This document shows, in pieces, positions 1 to 9,514 of a stretch of 31,564 nucleotides of DNA. How positions within the stretch are numbered: the first letter of the stretch is position 1; each line of letters starts with the position of its first letter. Source of the DNA: Thermoplasmata archaeon (GTDB lineage: Archaea > Thermoplasmatota > Thermoplasmata > UBA10834 > DTMW01); the NCBI GenBank assembly GCA_029858465.1, contig JAOUEZ010000001.1:1-31564 (forward strand). The letters run 5' to 3'. A program made the position numbers and the translations under genes. The notes beneath the pieces are model-generated. The model did not search any database. It had not been told where the DNA came from and was given only the letters and a program-made list of their open reading frames with translations.

Positions 1-1
1 G

Positions 2-61
2 AAAAGCAACACCTATCTTGTGCTCGAGAGAATAAAGGAAGATCCGAAAGTGCAGTTCTGA
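2..61 (+). CDS. 3' end of a probable Lrp/AsnC-family regulator (partial, runs off the left edge)
   Basis: Frame 2 reads KSNTYLVLERIKEDPKVQF-stop (TGA 59-61), resembling the last beta-strand of Lrp/AsnC ligand-binding domains. A T7 run follows. Confidence 0.5.
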   Translation, partial: KSNTYLVLERIKEDPKVQF

Positions 62-68
62 TTTTTCT
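62..68 (+). terminator. Oligo-T tract, possible archaeal terminator
   Basis: TTTTTTT immediately after the TGA at 59-61, between convergent genes. Confidence 0.35.
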
Positions 69-78
69 CGTCGGATCT

Positions 79-1413
79 TCAGCTTTTTTCGATACCATGC
101 AGGGTCGCATCGATGATGTCCAAAGCACAATCGAGGGTCTCGGTATCCATCAACATCGACGGATGAAGCCGAATCACATTGCCGTGCAGGCCTGCGCTCA
201 GAATGACCAAGCCTTTCTTTGCGCATGAGCTGACTATTTTCCTCGTTTCTTCCTTTGCTGGCTCTTTGGTTTTTCTGTCCTTTACAAGCTCGATCGCCAT
301 CAGGAGGCCGAGTCCCCTAACATCTCCGATCATAGTGTGTCGGCTCTGCATATCGTGCAATCTGTCGGCTATTCGCTCGTTCATACCGGGCACTCTATTC
401 AGATTCTTCTGCACCAAGTCGACAACTGTTAGGGCGGCTGCGCATGACATCGGGTTCCCGCCGAAAGTCGTCCCCAGGCCTCCTTTGGGAGGTGAGTCCA
501 TTATCTCCGCTCTTCCGGTAACGGCTCCAAGCGGAAGCCCGCCACCGAGCGCTTTTCCGGTAAGAATCATGTCGGGTTCCAGATCAAAATGTTCGGCGCA
601 AAACATCTTCCCGGTCCTTCCAAGGCCTGTCTGAATCTCGTCATCTATCAATACTATTGAGTGTTCATTACAAAGGTCCCGAACGCCTCTGATGAAATCG
701 GCTGGGGGCACTATGAATCCCCCCTCGCCCTGCATCGTCTCCAGGATCAATGATCCGATGACATCCTTGTTCTCTGGAGAAGAAACGATTTTCCTCAGTG
801 CGTAAAGACATTCCAGCGAACATGAATCCCGCTCGCGCCCGAACGGACAGCGATAACAGTAGGCATATTCTGCGTGAATGACCTCCTTGGGAAAAGGCTC
901 GAACCCCTTCTTGTAGGGAACATCCTTTCCGGTGAGAGCCAGCGAAAACATAGTTCTCCCGTGAAATGAATTCACAAACGACACGATTCCTGGGCGCTTA
1001 GTGAAAAACCTTGCGATTTTCACGGAATTCTCGACGGCCTCGGCACCAGAATTGTTCAGAAAACTATGCTTAGAAAAATCTCCTGGCGTTATCATCGCAA
1101 GTTTTTCCGCCAATCTCACATATTCTTCGAAATGGACGACCCCGAAGCAGAGGTGCATGTATCTTTCGAGTTGCCGCTGCAGCGCAACTACAATCTCCTC
1201 GTGAAGGTTTCCCAGAACATTCACGCCAATCCCGCTTGCCATGTCGATGAACTTGTTCCCGTCGACATCTCGCAGATAGGAGCCCTCAGCTTTCTCAATG
1301 AATGCGGGACAGACGATTCCCAATGCGCGAGTCACGTACTCGTCCCTCAATTTCTGAAGTTCCGCCGATTTCTTTCCGGGAAGCTCGTCGATAGGTTCGA
1401 CCGACCTGCTCAA
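79..1413 (-). CDS. gabT: Class III PLP aminotransferase, 4-aminobutyrate aminotransferase-like
   Basis: 444 aa with NSGAEAVEN, SFHGRT, DEIQTGLGRTG and the PLP lysine in TGKALGGG, plus TFGGNP. TTG start preceded by GAGGGG. The exact substrate is not provable from sequence. Confidence 0.8.
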   Translation of the reverse strand: MSRSVEPIDELPGKKSAELQKLRDEYVTRALGIVCPAFIEKAEGSYLRDVDGNKFIDMASGIGVNVLGNLHEEIVVALQRQLERYMHLCFGVVHFEEYVRLAEKLAMITPGDFSKHSFLNNSGAEAVENSVKIARFFTKRPGIVSFVNSFHGRTMFSLALTGKDVPYKKGFEPFPKEVIHAEYAYCYRCPFGRERDSCSLECLYALRKIVSSPENKDVIGSLILETMQGEGGFIVPPADFIRGVRDLCNEHSIVLIDDEIQTGLGRTGKMFCAEHFDLEPDMILTGKALGGGLPLGAVTGRAEIMDSPPKGGLGTTFGGNPMSCAAALTVVDLVQKNLNRVPGMNERIADRLHDMQSRHTMIGDVRGLGLLMAIELVKDRKTKEPAKEETRKIVSSCAKKGLVILSAGLHGNVIRLHPSMLMDTETLDCALDIIDATLHGIEKS

Positions 1414-1532
1414 GTTCTTACCCCTCGAGGATTGACATCAAACGCAAAGGGGAAGTGATTATCGTATCTTCATGGTTTTCTCGAGAAAAGCGCACATCCA
1501 GAATGTCATCATATGGGCTCTTGTAATTACAA

Positions 1533-1546
1533 AGCTTTATTTATAT
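1533..1546 (+). promoter_or_regulatory. Probable TATA box for the Sm-rpl37e-purF transcript
   Basis: CTTTATTTATATCA about 30-40 nt upstream of the TTG at 1577. Confidence 0.4.
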
Positions 1547-1576
1547 CACCTCTTTATAGGGAGATTTGGTGATTAT

Positions 1577-1792
1577 TTGCAGAAGCCCTTGGCAGTCCTG
1601 AACAAATCAATCAACCAACAGGTCATCGTCGAGCTCAAAGCCAAACGATCGTACAGAGGGATCCTCGAGGGTTACGATCCGCACATGAACATTGTTCTAA
1701 AGAATGCTGAGGAAGTGTTTGAGGGTAATGTCATACGGAAATTGGAATCAACAATAGTCCGTGGAGACAACATCATTTACATATCACCGTGA
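1577..1792 (+). CDS. Sm-like archaeal protein (SmAP1/LSm)
   Basis: MQKPLAVLNKSINQQVIVELK...GILEGYDPHMNIVL (Sm1)...IVRGDNIIYISP (Sm2). The start was moved from 1472 to the TTG at 1577, which follows a GGTGA RBS. Confidence 0.93.
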   Translation: MQKPLAVLNKSINQQVIVELKAKRSYRGILEGYDPHMNIVLKNAEEVFEGNVIRKLESTIVRGDNIIYISP

Positions 1793-1810
1793 AATAAGTG
1801 AGGGGATCTT

Positions 1811-1981
1811 TTGAGCAAGGGCACGCCCTCGATGGGGAAAAAATCGTCAAAGAAGTCTCACATCATTTGCAGGAGATGCGGTAAGCACGCATTCCATGTC
1901 AGGAGAGGGATATGTGCAAGCTGCGGCTACGGCAAGACCTCCAGAATGAGAAATTACAATTGGGCGAAATCCAAGAAATAG
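1811..1981 (+). CDS. rpl37e: 50S ribosomal protein L37e (not in ORF track)
   Basis: TTG start; [56 protein letters not shown]. It has the CxxC...CxxC zinc ribbon and sits directly after the Sm gene. Confidence 0.95.
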   Translation: MSKGTPSMGKKSSKKSHIICRRCGKHAFHVRRGICASCGYGKTSRMRNYNWAKSKK

Positions 1982-2001
1982 TACGGGAGTGTCATGAAAA
2001 A

Positions 2002-3414
2002 ATGTGGCATGTCCCAAAAATAAGAGAAGCATGCGGCGTAATCGGGATGTGCTCACCTGGTTCTGTGTCGGATTATTTATATTTTGGACTCAGAATACTA
2101 CAGCATAGAGGGCAGGAGTCCGCGGGAATATCAGTTTTTGAAGATGGAAAGCACACCATAGTCAAGGGCATGGGACTTGTCCATCAGGTGATGGACAAGG
2201 ATCGTCTCGGACACTTGAAGAGCAACAAGGGGATCGGGCATGTCAGGTACTCAACCTTCGGCGTCTCCGCGCTCCAGAACGTCCAACCATTCGTAGTTCA
2301 GACCACCCATGGAGAGGTCTCTCTTGGGCATAACGGAGAGATAATCAATGCCGAGGCGCTAAGGACTGACCTCAAGAAGAAGGGATGGGCGTTCATGACA
2401 TCCTCCGATTCGGAGATAATCGTCAGATTGCTTGCCAACGAACTGAGCACACATGGTGACCCGGTAAAAGCTATCAAGAATCTGATGGGAATAATTGTGG
2501 GATCATATTCGCTCGTTGTGATGATAGGAGACCGCGTGTTCGGAGTGAGGGACCCCTATGCGATCCGCCCTCTTTGTCTTGGCAGGCTGAACGACGGTTG
2601 GGCCGTGGCCTCGGAGAGCGTCGTCTTCGACAATCTGGATGGCGAATTTGTCAGGGATGTGGAGGGGGGAGAAATTGTCGAGGTCGCTTGTGATGGCCCC
2701 AAATCATGGAAATATCCGTCCCCGAAGGAGAAGGCTCATTGTATGTTCGAATGGGTATATTTCGCGAGACCTGACTCGATAATCGAGGGGGGACTTGTAT
2801 ACGAGGTCAGAAAGAGGATAGGTAGCAAGCTCGCAAAGGAACATCCCGTTGACGCAGATGTTGTCATCCCGATACCCGACTCTGGACGAGCTCATGCTCT
2901 CGGATTCTCGGAGGTGTCCGGAATACCCTACCGGGAAGGACTGATGAAGAACCGATACGTCGAGAGAACATTCATAATGCCGGATCAGAGGGAGAGAGAG
3001 ACCGGCGTCATGCTTAAGTTGAACGCGATCAAAAGCGAGGTAATCGACAAGAAAGTGGTCCTGCTAGATGACAGCATAATCAGAGGGACCACCATGAAGC
3101 AAATAGTGCAGATCCTGAGGAAAGCCGGCGCAAAGGAGATTCATGTCAGGATAGGATCGCCACCTGTAACCGCGCCTTGCTATCTTGGAATTGATATGAA
3201 GACTCGGCATCAATTCGTTGCGCTGAACAGAACTGTTGAAGAGATTGCCAATGTCATAACTGCTGACAGCATAGGATATCTGAGCCTGAATGGACTCATA
3301 GAATGCATTGGTGTAGGTGACAACAATCTCTGCATCGGATGCCTTACCGGAGAATATCCAATACCGATCGAGGGGGAGAGGGTAAGGTTCCAGAAGAAAA
3401 TCGATGCATTCTAA
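2002..3414 (+). CDS. purF: Amidophosphoribosyltransferase
   Basis: Short propeptide then CGVIG nucleophile; QHRGQES, GHVRYST, HNGE, CMFEWVYFARPDS, DDSIIRGTT PRPP site, and a C-terminal CxxC for Fe-S. The start at 2002 is inferred; the ORF track start at 1912 overlaps rpl37e. Confidence 0.95.
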   Translation: MWHVPKIREACGVIGMCSPGSVSDYLYFGLRILQHRGQESAGISVFEDGKHTIVKGMGLVHQVMDKDRLGHLKSNKGIGHVRYSTFGVSALQNVQPFVVQTTHGEVSLGHNGEIINAEALRTDLKKKGWAFMTSSDSEIIVRLLANELSTHGDPVKAIKNLMGIIVGSYSLVVMIGDRVFGVRDPYAIRPLCLGRLNDGWAVASESVVFDNLDGEFVRDVEGGEIVEVACDGPKSWKYPSPKEKAHCMFEWVYFARPDSIIEGGLVYEVRKRIGSKLAKEHPVDADVVIPIPDSGRAHALGFSEVSGIPYREGLMKNRYVERTFIMPDQRERETGVMLKLNAIKSEVIDKKVVLLDDSIIRGTTMKQIVQILRKAGAKEIHVRIGSPPVTAPCYLGIDMKTRHQFVALNRTVEEIANVITADSIGYLSLNGLIECIGVGDNNLCIGCLTGEYPIPIEGERVRFQKKIDAF

Positions 3415-3418
3415 TCAA

Positions 3419-3430
3419 TTTTATATATAA
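3419..3430 (+). promoter_or_regulatory. TATA box of tRNA-Ala
   Basis: TTTTATATATAA about 35-45 nt upstream of the tRNA 5' end. Confidence 0.55.
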
Positions 3431-3464
3431 TTCCCCGCCTTCGGCGAATTGCCTCGCAACATAT

Positions 3465-3536
3465 GGGCCGATAGATCAGCGGAAGATCGCTCGCTTGGCA
3501 TGCGAGAGGTCAGGGGTTCAAATCCCCTTCGGTCCA
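3465..3536 (+). tRNA. tRNA-Ala (anticodon GGC), CCA not encoded
   Basis: Cloverleaf: acceptor GGGCCGA/TCGGTCC with the G3:U70 Ala identity pair, D-arm GATC/GATC, anticodon arm CTCGC-TT GGC AT-GCGAG (GGC at 3497-3499), T-arm AGGGG-TTCAAAT-CCCCT. Followed by TTTT. Confidence 0.97.
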
Positions 3537-3743
3537 TTTTACATAATTTTCATTCATGGAGGAGTTTATCAGTCGAACTTATTCATCAAATTGCGATGGC
3601 GAAAAACCATGATTGGCGATTTTACTGAGAATCTCTGTTGATAATGAAAAAACAAAATATATAGTGCTAAAGAATAAACAATGTCGAATTATCATAAACC
3701 ATCGATTGTGTCTTTAATTGTAATAATCTAGTAAGGTGCAAGG

Positions 3744-4394
3744 TTGACCGAGATATCTAATAATTACGCTGAGGCTAGAAGATACCTCAAGAACAAATAT
3801 CAACACGTCCCCACAGATACAAAAGAAAGAATCCTCTCCGACATTTCAAAATTTCAAGAATCGATAGCATTTGAGGCACCGCATTTGGATAAAATTCTTG
3901 ACGAGCTAGCAAGATTGATTTACCGTAATTTTGAATTTAAAGAGGTCTGCATAGGTCTTATTGATCTGAACGACAAGTCACTGAGATATAGAATTTTTAT
4001 CGGCTTGCATGAAGAGGCTAAAAAGAACTTGAGGATGTGCAAATACACCCAGACTGAGTTTTTAGATGAGAAAAAGCATCCAGGTATATGGATTTCAAAA
4101 TTAACGAAATTCTTCATATCCGGAGAGGCGGAATACGAGCAATGGGAAAGGTCTTGTTTCAACCGACCATTAATCTTGATCGGTAAACGTGACTTAATGG
4201 ATGCTGATATAGAAGGCGACTATATCGATGTGCATATTTTTGGAAAAGATAAGAGATTATTGGGATGGATCGAGCTTTCAAATACGAGGACGGGAAAAAT
4301 CCCTGAGCCAGAAACAATTCGATGGATTGAAATTCTTGCCGGAACGATGTCGCCCATTATCCAATCCCATCTGATGAAAAAATTGAAGAGTTGA
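3744..4394 (+). CDS. Hypothetical protein, possible stand-alone GAF-like domain
   Basis: 216 aa, TTG start. The pattern helix-FxEVCIGL...YIDVHIFG...LLGWIELS...helix resembles GAF folds. No output domain. Confidence 0.6.
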   Translation: MTEISNNYAEARRYLKNKYQHVPTDTKERILSDISKFQESIAFEAPHLDKILDELARLIYRNFEFKEVCIGLIDLNDKSLRYRIFIGLHEEAKKNLRMCKYTQTEFLDEKKHPGIWISKLTKFFISGEAEYEQWERSCFNRPLILIGKRDLMDADIEGDYIDVHIFGKDKRLLGWIELSNTRTGKIPEPETIRWIEILAGTMSPIIQSHLMKKLKS

Positions 4395-4425
4395 CGTTGG
4401 AAATCCAAGTCACGATTCTTATTGA

Positions 4426-5232
4426 TTAGTCAACGGTTGCTCTTTTCATTTCAGTTGCATGCTCTTCTATTCTTGACAATCTCTCCTCATTGCTTAGAGT
4501 ATAATCTGAGTAAATCGAAATAAGTTTTGACCCTTCGATTACTGCGTCAACGCCTATGGCCCGAATCTGGCGGACATGATCAGGAGAGGAAATTCCGAAC
4601 CCGACGGCTAATGGACATGTTCGGATTGAAGCAACTCTTCTGAGAAAATCGATCGACTGTTTTGATAAATTATCCCTTGCGCCCGTAGTGCCAGAAACCG
4701 ATACTGCATAAACGAAGCCAGTTGATTTAGAAAATATTTCCATCATCCGTGCTTCGCAAGTGTTCGGTGCAATGAGTCTGATGACATCCATCCCATGTTT
4801 CTTGACTATCTCATCAAGTTCTTCCGATTCTTCAATAGGCATGTCGACTAATAATATGCCGTCAGCTCCACTTTCAGCTGATTTTTTACAGAACTCATTT
4901 CCCCCAATGCGAATTATTGGATTCAAATAGGACATCACAATTATCGGGATATCAATACCTGAGGCTCTTGTCTTCTTTATAAGATTAAAAATATCGTTTA
5001 CCTTGAATCCACCTTTGAGAGATCTCATCATTGCATTCTGTATAACAGGACCATCAGCGATTGGATCAGAGAAGGGCAACCCGATTTCAAGAATATCTGC
5101 CCCTGAGGAGGATAGCGCTTCGATCAGACTCATCGAAAAATCAATATCAGGATCTCCAGCGCAGATGTAGGGAATATAAGCTGCTGAGCCGGCTTCTTTT
5201 AACCTCGTGAAAGCCTCGGAAATCCTGCTCAG
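4426..5232 (-). CDS. trpA: Tryptophan synthase alpha chain
   Basis: [32 protein letters not shown]. The frame is open and TrpA-like (SRISEAF...[11 protein letters not shown]) for 33 codons upstream of the ATG at 5133, back to a CTG at 5232 that overlaps the trpB stop. Confidence 0.93.
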   Translation of the reverse strand: MSRISEAFTRLKEAGSAAYIPYICAGDPDIDFSMSLIEALSSSGADILEIGLPFSDPIADGPVIQNAMMRSLKGGFKVNDIFNLIKKTRASGIDIPIIVMSYLNPIIRIGGNEFCKKSAESGADGILLVDMPIEESEELDEIVKKHGMDVIRLIAPNTCEARMMEIFSKSTGFVYAVSVSGTTGARDNLSKQSIDFLRRVASIRTCPLAVGFGISSPDHVRQIRAIGVDAVIEGSKLISIYSDYTLSNEERLSRIEEHATEMKRATVD

Positions 5233-6401
5233 AAATATCCCTCCATTTGGGCCACTTCTGCAACGTCCTTGTCTCCCCGCCCAGACAGATTGACGATGAT
5301 GACCTCATTTTGATTTTGTCTGGCATGCTCCACTGCATATGCGACCGCATGCGCGCTCTCGAGAGCAGGGATGATCCCTTCGGTTTCTGAGAGAAGATGA
5401 AATGCGAAGAGAGCTTTCGAATCATCTACTGCGACATAAGTTGCTCTTCCCAATCTGCTTAGATAGGGATGCTCTGGTCCGACAGCGGGATAATCCAGAC
5501 CTGCGGCCACAGAATGGGTTTCCAATATCTGGCCGTCGTCATCCTGAAGTATCAGTGTCCTCGCCCCATGCAGAACACCCTCTGCTCCTGCTACTACGCT
5601 AGCGGAGTGTTTGCCTGAGTGAACTCCATTTCCTCCAGCTTCTACGCCGAACATTTTGACATCCTTATCTTCTAAGAAGGGATGGAAAAGCCCAATCGCA
5701 TTGCTCCCTCCTCCGACACAGGCTATCAGGGAGTCTGGCAGTCGTCCAGTATCTGCGAGTATCTGCGCCTTTGTCTCCCTTCCAATCACGGATTGAAAAT
5801 CTCGTACCATCGCAGGATATGGATGGGGACCGACAACGCTGCCAATCAAGTAATGTGTATGATCGCTCGAGGCCGCATAATCTCTGAGTGCTTCATTGAT
5901 TGCATCTTTGAGAGTCTTAGAACCATTTTTAACGGTGATGACTTTGGTCCCAAGAAGATTCATCCTGTAACAATTCAGCTTCTGCCGCTCGACATCGACC
6001 TCGCCCATATAAACCTCGCATTCAAGGCCCAACAAGGCACATGCGGTCGCAGCAGCGACGCCGTGTTGTCCCGCACCTGTTTCTGCAATCACTCTTGTCT
6101 TTCCCATTTTCTTTGCTAGAAGTGCCTGTCCAAGAGCGTTATTTATCTTGTGAGAGCCCGTGTGTGCCAGGTCCTCGCGCTTGAGATAAATCCTTCCTCC
6201 GAATTTCTCGGATAATCTCTTGGCGAAATAGAGAGGAGTTGGTCTACCAGCATATCTAGAAAGAAGAGCGGATAGCTCCATGTTGAATTCATTGTCATTC
6301 TTCAATCTATCATAGCTAGATGACAGCTCCTTGAGAGCATGGACCAATATCTCCGGAACGAAGAATCCGCCGAATTCTCCGAAATATCCCTTGCGATTCA
6401 C
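5229..6401 (-). CDS. trpB: Tryptophan synthase beta chain (TrpB1)
   Basis: [15 protein letters not shown] (PLP Lys), [25 protein letters not shown] start at 6401 overlaps the trpF stop (GTGA) after GGAGGTG; 6410 is an alternative start. Confidence 0.96.
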   Translation of the reverse strand: MNRKGYFGEFGGFFVPEILVHALKELSSSYDRLKNDNEFNMELSALLSRYAGRPTPLYFAKRLSEKFGGRIYLKREDLAHTGSHKINNALGQALLAKKMGKTRVIAETGAGQHGVAAATACALLGLECEVYMGEVDVERQKLNCYRMNLLGTKVITVKNGSKTLKDAINEALRDYAASSDHTHYLIGSVVGPHPYPAMVRDFQSVIGRETKAQILADTGRLPDSLIACVGGGSNAIGLFHPFLEDKDVKMFGVEAGGNGVHSGKHSASVVAGAEGVLHGARTLILQDDDGQILETHSVAAGLDYPAVGPEHPYLSRLGRATYVAVDDSKALFAFHLLSETEGIIPALESAHAVAYAVEHARQNQNEVIIVNLSGRGDKDVAEVAQMEGYF

Positions 6402-6985
6402 TGCTTGCACCTCCTTATGAATTCGGCAACAAGCGCAGGATCCTTCATTCCAAGCTTTCGCTCTACACCCGAGGAAACGTCTAGGGCATACGGCTTCAAT
6501 TTCTTCGCCGTATGCAAGTTTTCGGGATTCAGGCCGCCAGCAATAATCACCCTAGAACAGCAGTCAAAGGGAATCTTGCTATAATCATACGATTTTCCCT
6601 GGCCAGGCATGCCGCTCTCAAAAAGGAGGGCATCCGCTGAATCTGCATATCGTATCGCATCCGCCCTTACAGGAAGAATCGCTCGGATGGTTTTGATGCC
6701 GTGAGCTCGGACAACTGTGATTTCTTTTGGAGAAAGAGAATACAACTGGATTGTGTCTACATTGCATCTCTTGACGAGATCTACCGCCTCATCGGCAGTC
6801 TTGGGCGCACAGACGAGCACTTTTGTCGTCATGGGTCCTAATTTCGAGCATATTTTCTCGATGGATTCGATGGGTATGCTTCGGCTTCTCATCGGAAAAT
6901 GAACGAAGCCCAATGCATCGGCACCGAGGGATTCGCATAGAAGGGCATCGTGTTCGTTCATGATCCCACAAATCTTAACTTTCAA
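6398..6985 (-). CDS. trpF: Phosphoribosylanthranilate isomerase
   Basis: [37 protein letters not shown] start 1 nt after the stop of the trpD-trpC fusion. Confidence 0.93.
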   Translation of the reverse strand: MKVKICGIMNEHDALLCESLGADALGFVHFPMRSRSIPIESIEKICSKLGPMTTKVLVCAPKTADEAVDLVKRCNVDTIQLYSLSPKEITVVRAHGIKTIRAILPVRADAIRYADSADALLFESGMPGQGKSYDYSKIPFDCCSRVIIAGGLNPENLHTAKKLKPYALDVSSGVERKLGMKDPALVAEFIRRCKQ

Positions 6986-6986
6986 T

Positions 6987-8942
6987 TCAGATTGCCCCCG
7001 CGCAAGCTGTCATTTCCTTTACGGTCTTATTTGGATTACTAGCTTTCATGAAATAAGAGCCGATCAGGACTGCATCGAAATCTCGAAACATCTCAAGATC
7101 CTTTGGAGATTTGACTCCGCTCTCGGCGATGACAATCTTATCATCGGCGATTTTACTCCTCAATGCAGGCAGTCTCAAGAGATCAACATCGAGATTGCCG
7201 AGATTTCTCGAATTAATCCCGATAAGCCTAACCTTCGAATAAGAATCACAGGACATTATCTTCTGCAAATCATTCTCATCATGAATTTCAAGTACTGGCT
7301 CTATGTTGATATCGAACGATTTTTCAATCATTGATTGCAGAGCGTTTTTGGATAAAGCTTTAGCAATCAGAAGCACGGAATCGGCCCCAATCTCTTTCGC
7401 AATTTTCAATTGCTGTTCTGAGATTACAATATCTTTGAAGAGCATTGGAAGTGAGATTCTATTTCGAAATAATGAGAAGAGATCTGTACTCCCGGAGAAG
7501 AAATTCGATTCGACAAGAACCGAGACACCGGCCAAGCCTGACGAGGAATATACATCCGCCATCATTTCTGGCAGCGGTGCTGGACACAGGTAGGAAGATG
7601 ATGGAGATCGGGGTTTGTATTCTCCAATTACAGCGATTCCCTCGGAAGATTCGATGGAATCAGAGAGAGTGATGTTTGACTTTGGCAGTTTTTGGATAAC
7701 CTTATTCTCACAATTCGGTAGCTGCCTGATGCGATCAAGAGCGAGAACTGTGAGAACATTTGGGTTTCTGATAAGTTCCTGATTGAGATTATCAAGAAGT
7801 CTCTTGCCATCTTCACTCTTTAGAATGTCTTCGATTAGAGCCCTTGCAATCTCAGCGCTTCTTTTGCACAATATCTCAGGCAGGATTTTTCTATTTGTGA
7901 GAGTTACTGGCTCAATTGCGATTTGCACCTTCATCTCAATCTCTCTAACGATCGAAGAGTAATTTTCAAGTTGTTTCATCGCGCGCCTTTCCATTAGAGC
8001 TTTTGAGGCAATCTTGACAGCACTCTCGAGATTTTCTGCTTGCCCTGAGATGTATAACGCGGCACCCGCATTCAATGAAACAATGTCGTGCCGCGGGGAT
8101 TTTTCGCCATTTAAAATGCGCAGAGCTATTCGAGCATTTTCTGCCGGATCTCCGCCTCGGACCGAATCTATATCCGCGGAATTGAATCCGAACATCTCGG
8201 GCTCGATCGAGTATTCGACCACCTCATGATCGCTCAACTCGACTATCTGCGACTTCCCTTGGATGGATATTTCATCCATGCCCTGTCCATTAACTAACAT
8301 AATTCTTTTCGCACCCAGTTTTTCGAGTACGCTTACCATTTTAGATGCGAGAGAGAAATCGTACACGCCTATCAGTTGATTCTTGACGCATGCAGGATTA
8401 GTCATCGGGCCGAGTATATTGAAAAACGTCCTTACGCCAATCTCTCGCCGCGGGACGCTCACATTCTTCATCGAGCTGTGAAATATTGGGGCGAACATGA
8501 ATCCGAAATTGGCCTCCCTCAGGCATCTCTCGACAGCTGCCGAGTCGAAATCATACGGCATTCCCAGAGCATCAAGAAGATCTGCAGACCCGGATCTGCT
8601 CGATACTGATTTGTTACCATGTTTTGCCACCGGGACGCCGCATGCCGCCACGACGAAAGAAGAGACCGTGCTAATGTTGAATGTGTGAAGTCCATCTCCT
8701 CCAGTTCCGCAAAGATCTACCGCGCATTCGTCTGCCCTGATCTTCGTAGATCGCTCACGCATCGCTGTCGCGAAACCGAGCAATTCCTCCTCAGTCTCTC
8801 CCTTCATCCTCATCGCGGTGATGAATGAGGCAATCTGACTGCTGGTCGCCAAGCCGCTCATCATCTCATCCATTACGCTTCTTGCCATTGAGAGACTGAT
8901 GGGGTTTCCTTCAACAACTTGCTGAATTGCCTCGCGAATCAT
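6987..8942 (-). CDS. trpD-trpC: Fused anthranilate phosphoribosyltransferase (N-terminal) and indole-3-glycerol-phosphate synthase (C-terminal)
   Basis: TrpD motifs DLCGTGGDG, FNISTV, KHGNKSVSSRSGSAD, GMDE. TrpC motifs GEYKPRSPS, FKD, LEIH, GINSRNL, AESG, LIGS. One uninterrupted frame; ATG at 8942 overlaps the trpG stop (ATGA). Confidence 0.92.
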   Translation of the reverse strand: MIREAIQQVVEGNPISLSMARSVMDEMMSGLATSSQIASFITAMRMKGETEEELLGFATAMRERSTKIRADECAVDLCGTGGDGLHTFNISTVSSFVVAACGVPVAKHGNKSVSSRSGSADLLDALGMPYDFDSAAVERCLREANFGFMFAPIFHSSMKNVSVPRREIGVRTFFNILGPMTNPACVKNQLIGVYDFSLASKMVSVLEKLGAKRIMLVNGQGMDEISIQGKSQIVELSDHEVVEYSIEPEMFGFNSADIDSVRGGDPAENARIALRILNGEKSPRHDIVSLNAGAALYISGQAENLESAVKIASKALMERRAMKQLENYSSIVREIEMKVQIAIEPVTLTNRKILPEILCKRSAEIARALIEDILKSEDGKRLLDNLNQELIRNPNVLTVLALDRIRQLPNCENKVIQKLPKSNITLSDSIESSEGIAVIGEYKPRSPSSSYLCPAPLPEMMADVYSSSGLAGVSVLVESNFFSGSTDLFSLFRNRISLPMLFKDIVISEQQLKIAKEIGADSVLLIAKALSKNALQSMIEKSFDINIEPVLEIHDENDLQKIMSCDSYSKVRLIGINSRNLGNLDVDLLRLPALRSKIADDKIVIAESGVKSPKDLEMFRDFDAVLIGSYFMKASNPNKTVKEMTACAGAI

Positions 8943-9514
8943 CGCTTGCACATCCTCAGAAAATTGGAAAGGATCGTCTTGCCATGAGATGTCATCACCG
9001 ACTCTGGATGGAACTGAACCCCGTAGATGTCCTCGCCGTCAGCCCTCAGAGCCATGATCTCGGCTTCGTCAGATTCGGCCAAGATTCTCAGTGATGAAGG
9101 GAGAGAGTCCCTATCAACTATCAGAGAATGATAGCGGGTCGCAATGAAATTCTCAGGCACTCCCTCGAACAGAGGATCGTGAGTATGAGTAATCCTGCTG
9201 ACCTTTCCGTGAACAACCTGTCTCGCCCTGATGATCGAGCCGCCCCTGACATGCGCTATCGCCTGATGACCCAGGCAAACTCCCAAAACGGGCCGGCCAA
9301 AGCCATTGTTTCTCAAAATATCAAGGGAGCGGTTTGTGCTCCTCGGATGCCCGGGTCCTGGCGAGATCACGAACCCGTCTGCATCTTTCTGACATGTCTC
9401 TATCTCTGGAGAATCGTTTCTGTGAACGGTCACCTCGGCGCCGAGCTCCTGGAGATATTGGGCGATGTTGTAGACGAAGGAGTCGTAATTGTCGATGAGC
9501 AAGATCTTACTCAT
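8939..9514 (-). CDS. trpG: Anthranilate synthase component II (glutamine amidotransferase)
   Basis: IDNYDSF, SPGPG, GVCLGHQ, RYHSL, QFHPES. Confidence 0.95.
   Translation of the reverse strand: MSKILLIDNYDSFVYNIAQYLQELGAEVTVHRNDSPEIETCQKDADGFVISPGPGHPRSTNRSLDILRNNGFGRPVLGVCLGHQAIAHVRGGSIIRARQVVHGKVSRITHTHDPLFEGVPENFIATRYHSLIVDRDSLPSSLRILAESDEAEIMALRADGEDIYGVQFHPESVMTSHGKTILSNFLRMCKR

Noticed and set aside
1472-1576. 35-codon N-terminal extension of the Sm protein in the ORF track
   Set aside because: It spans the promoter region. The Sm fold and a GGTGA RBS point to the TTG at 1577.
1994-2023. Short out-of-frame ORF MKKCGMSQK overlapping the purF start (uORF or frameshift)
   Set aside because: The purF frame is intact with a normal-length propeptide before the catalytic Cys, so no frameshift is needed. 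There is no evidence for function.
3465-4425. tRNA-Ala as an integration site of a mobile element
   Set aside because: There is no integrase or transposase in the window, and I saw no repeat of the tRNA 3' end. An exact-match search would be needed to exclude a short att site.
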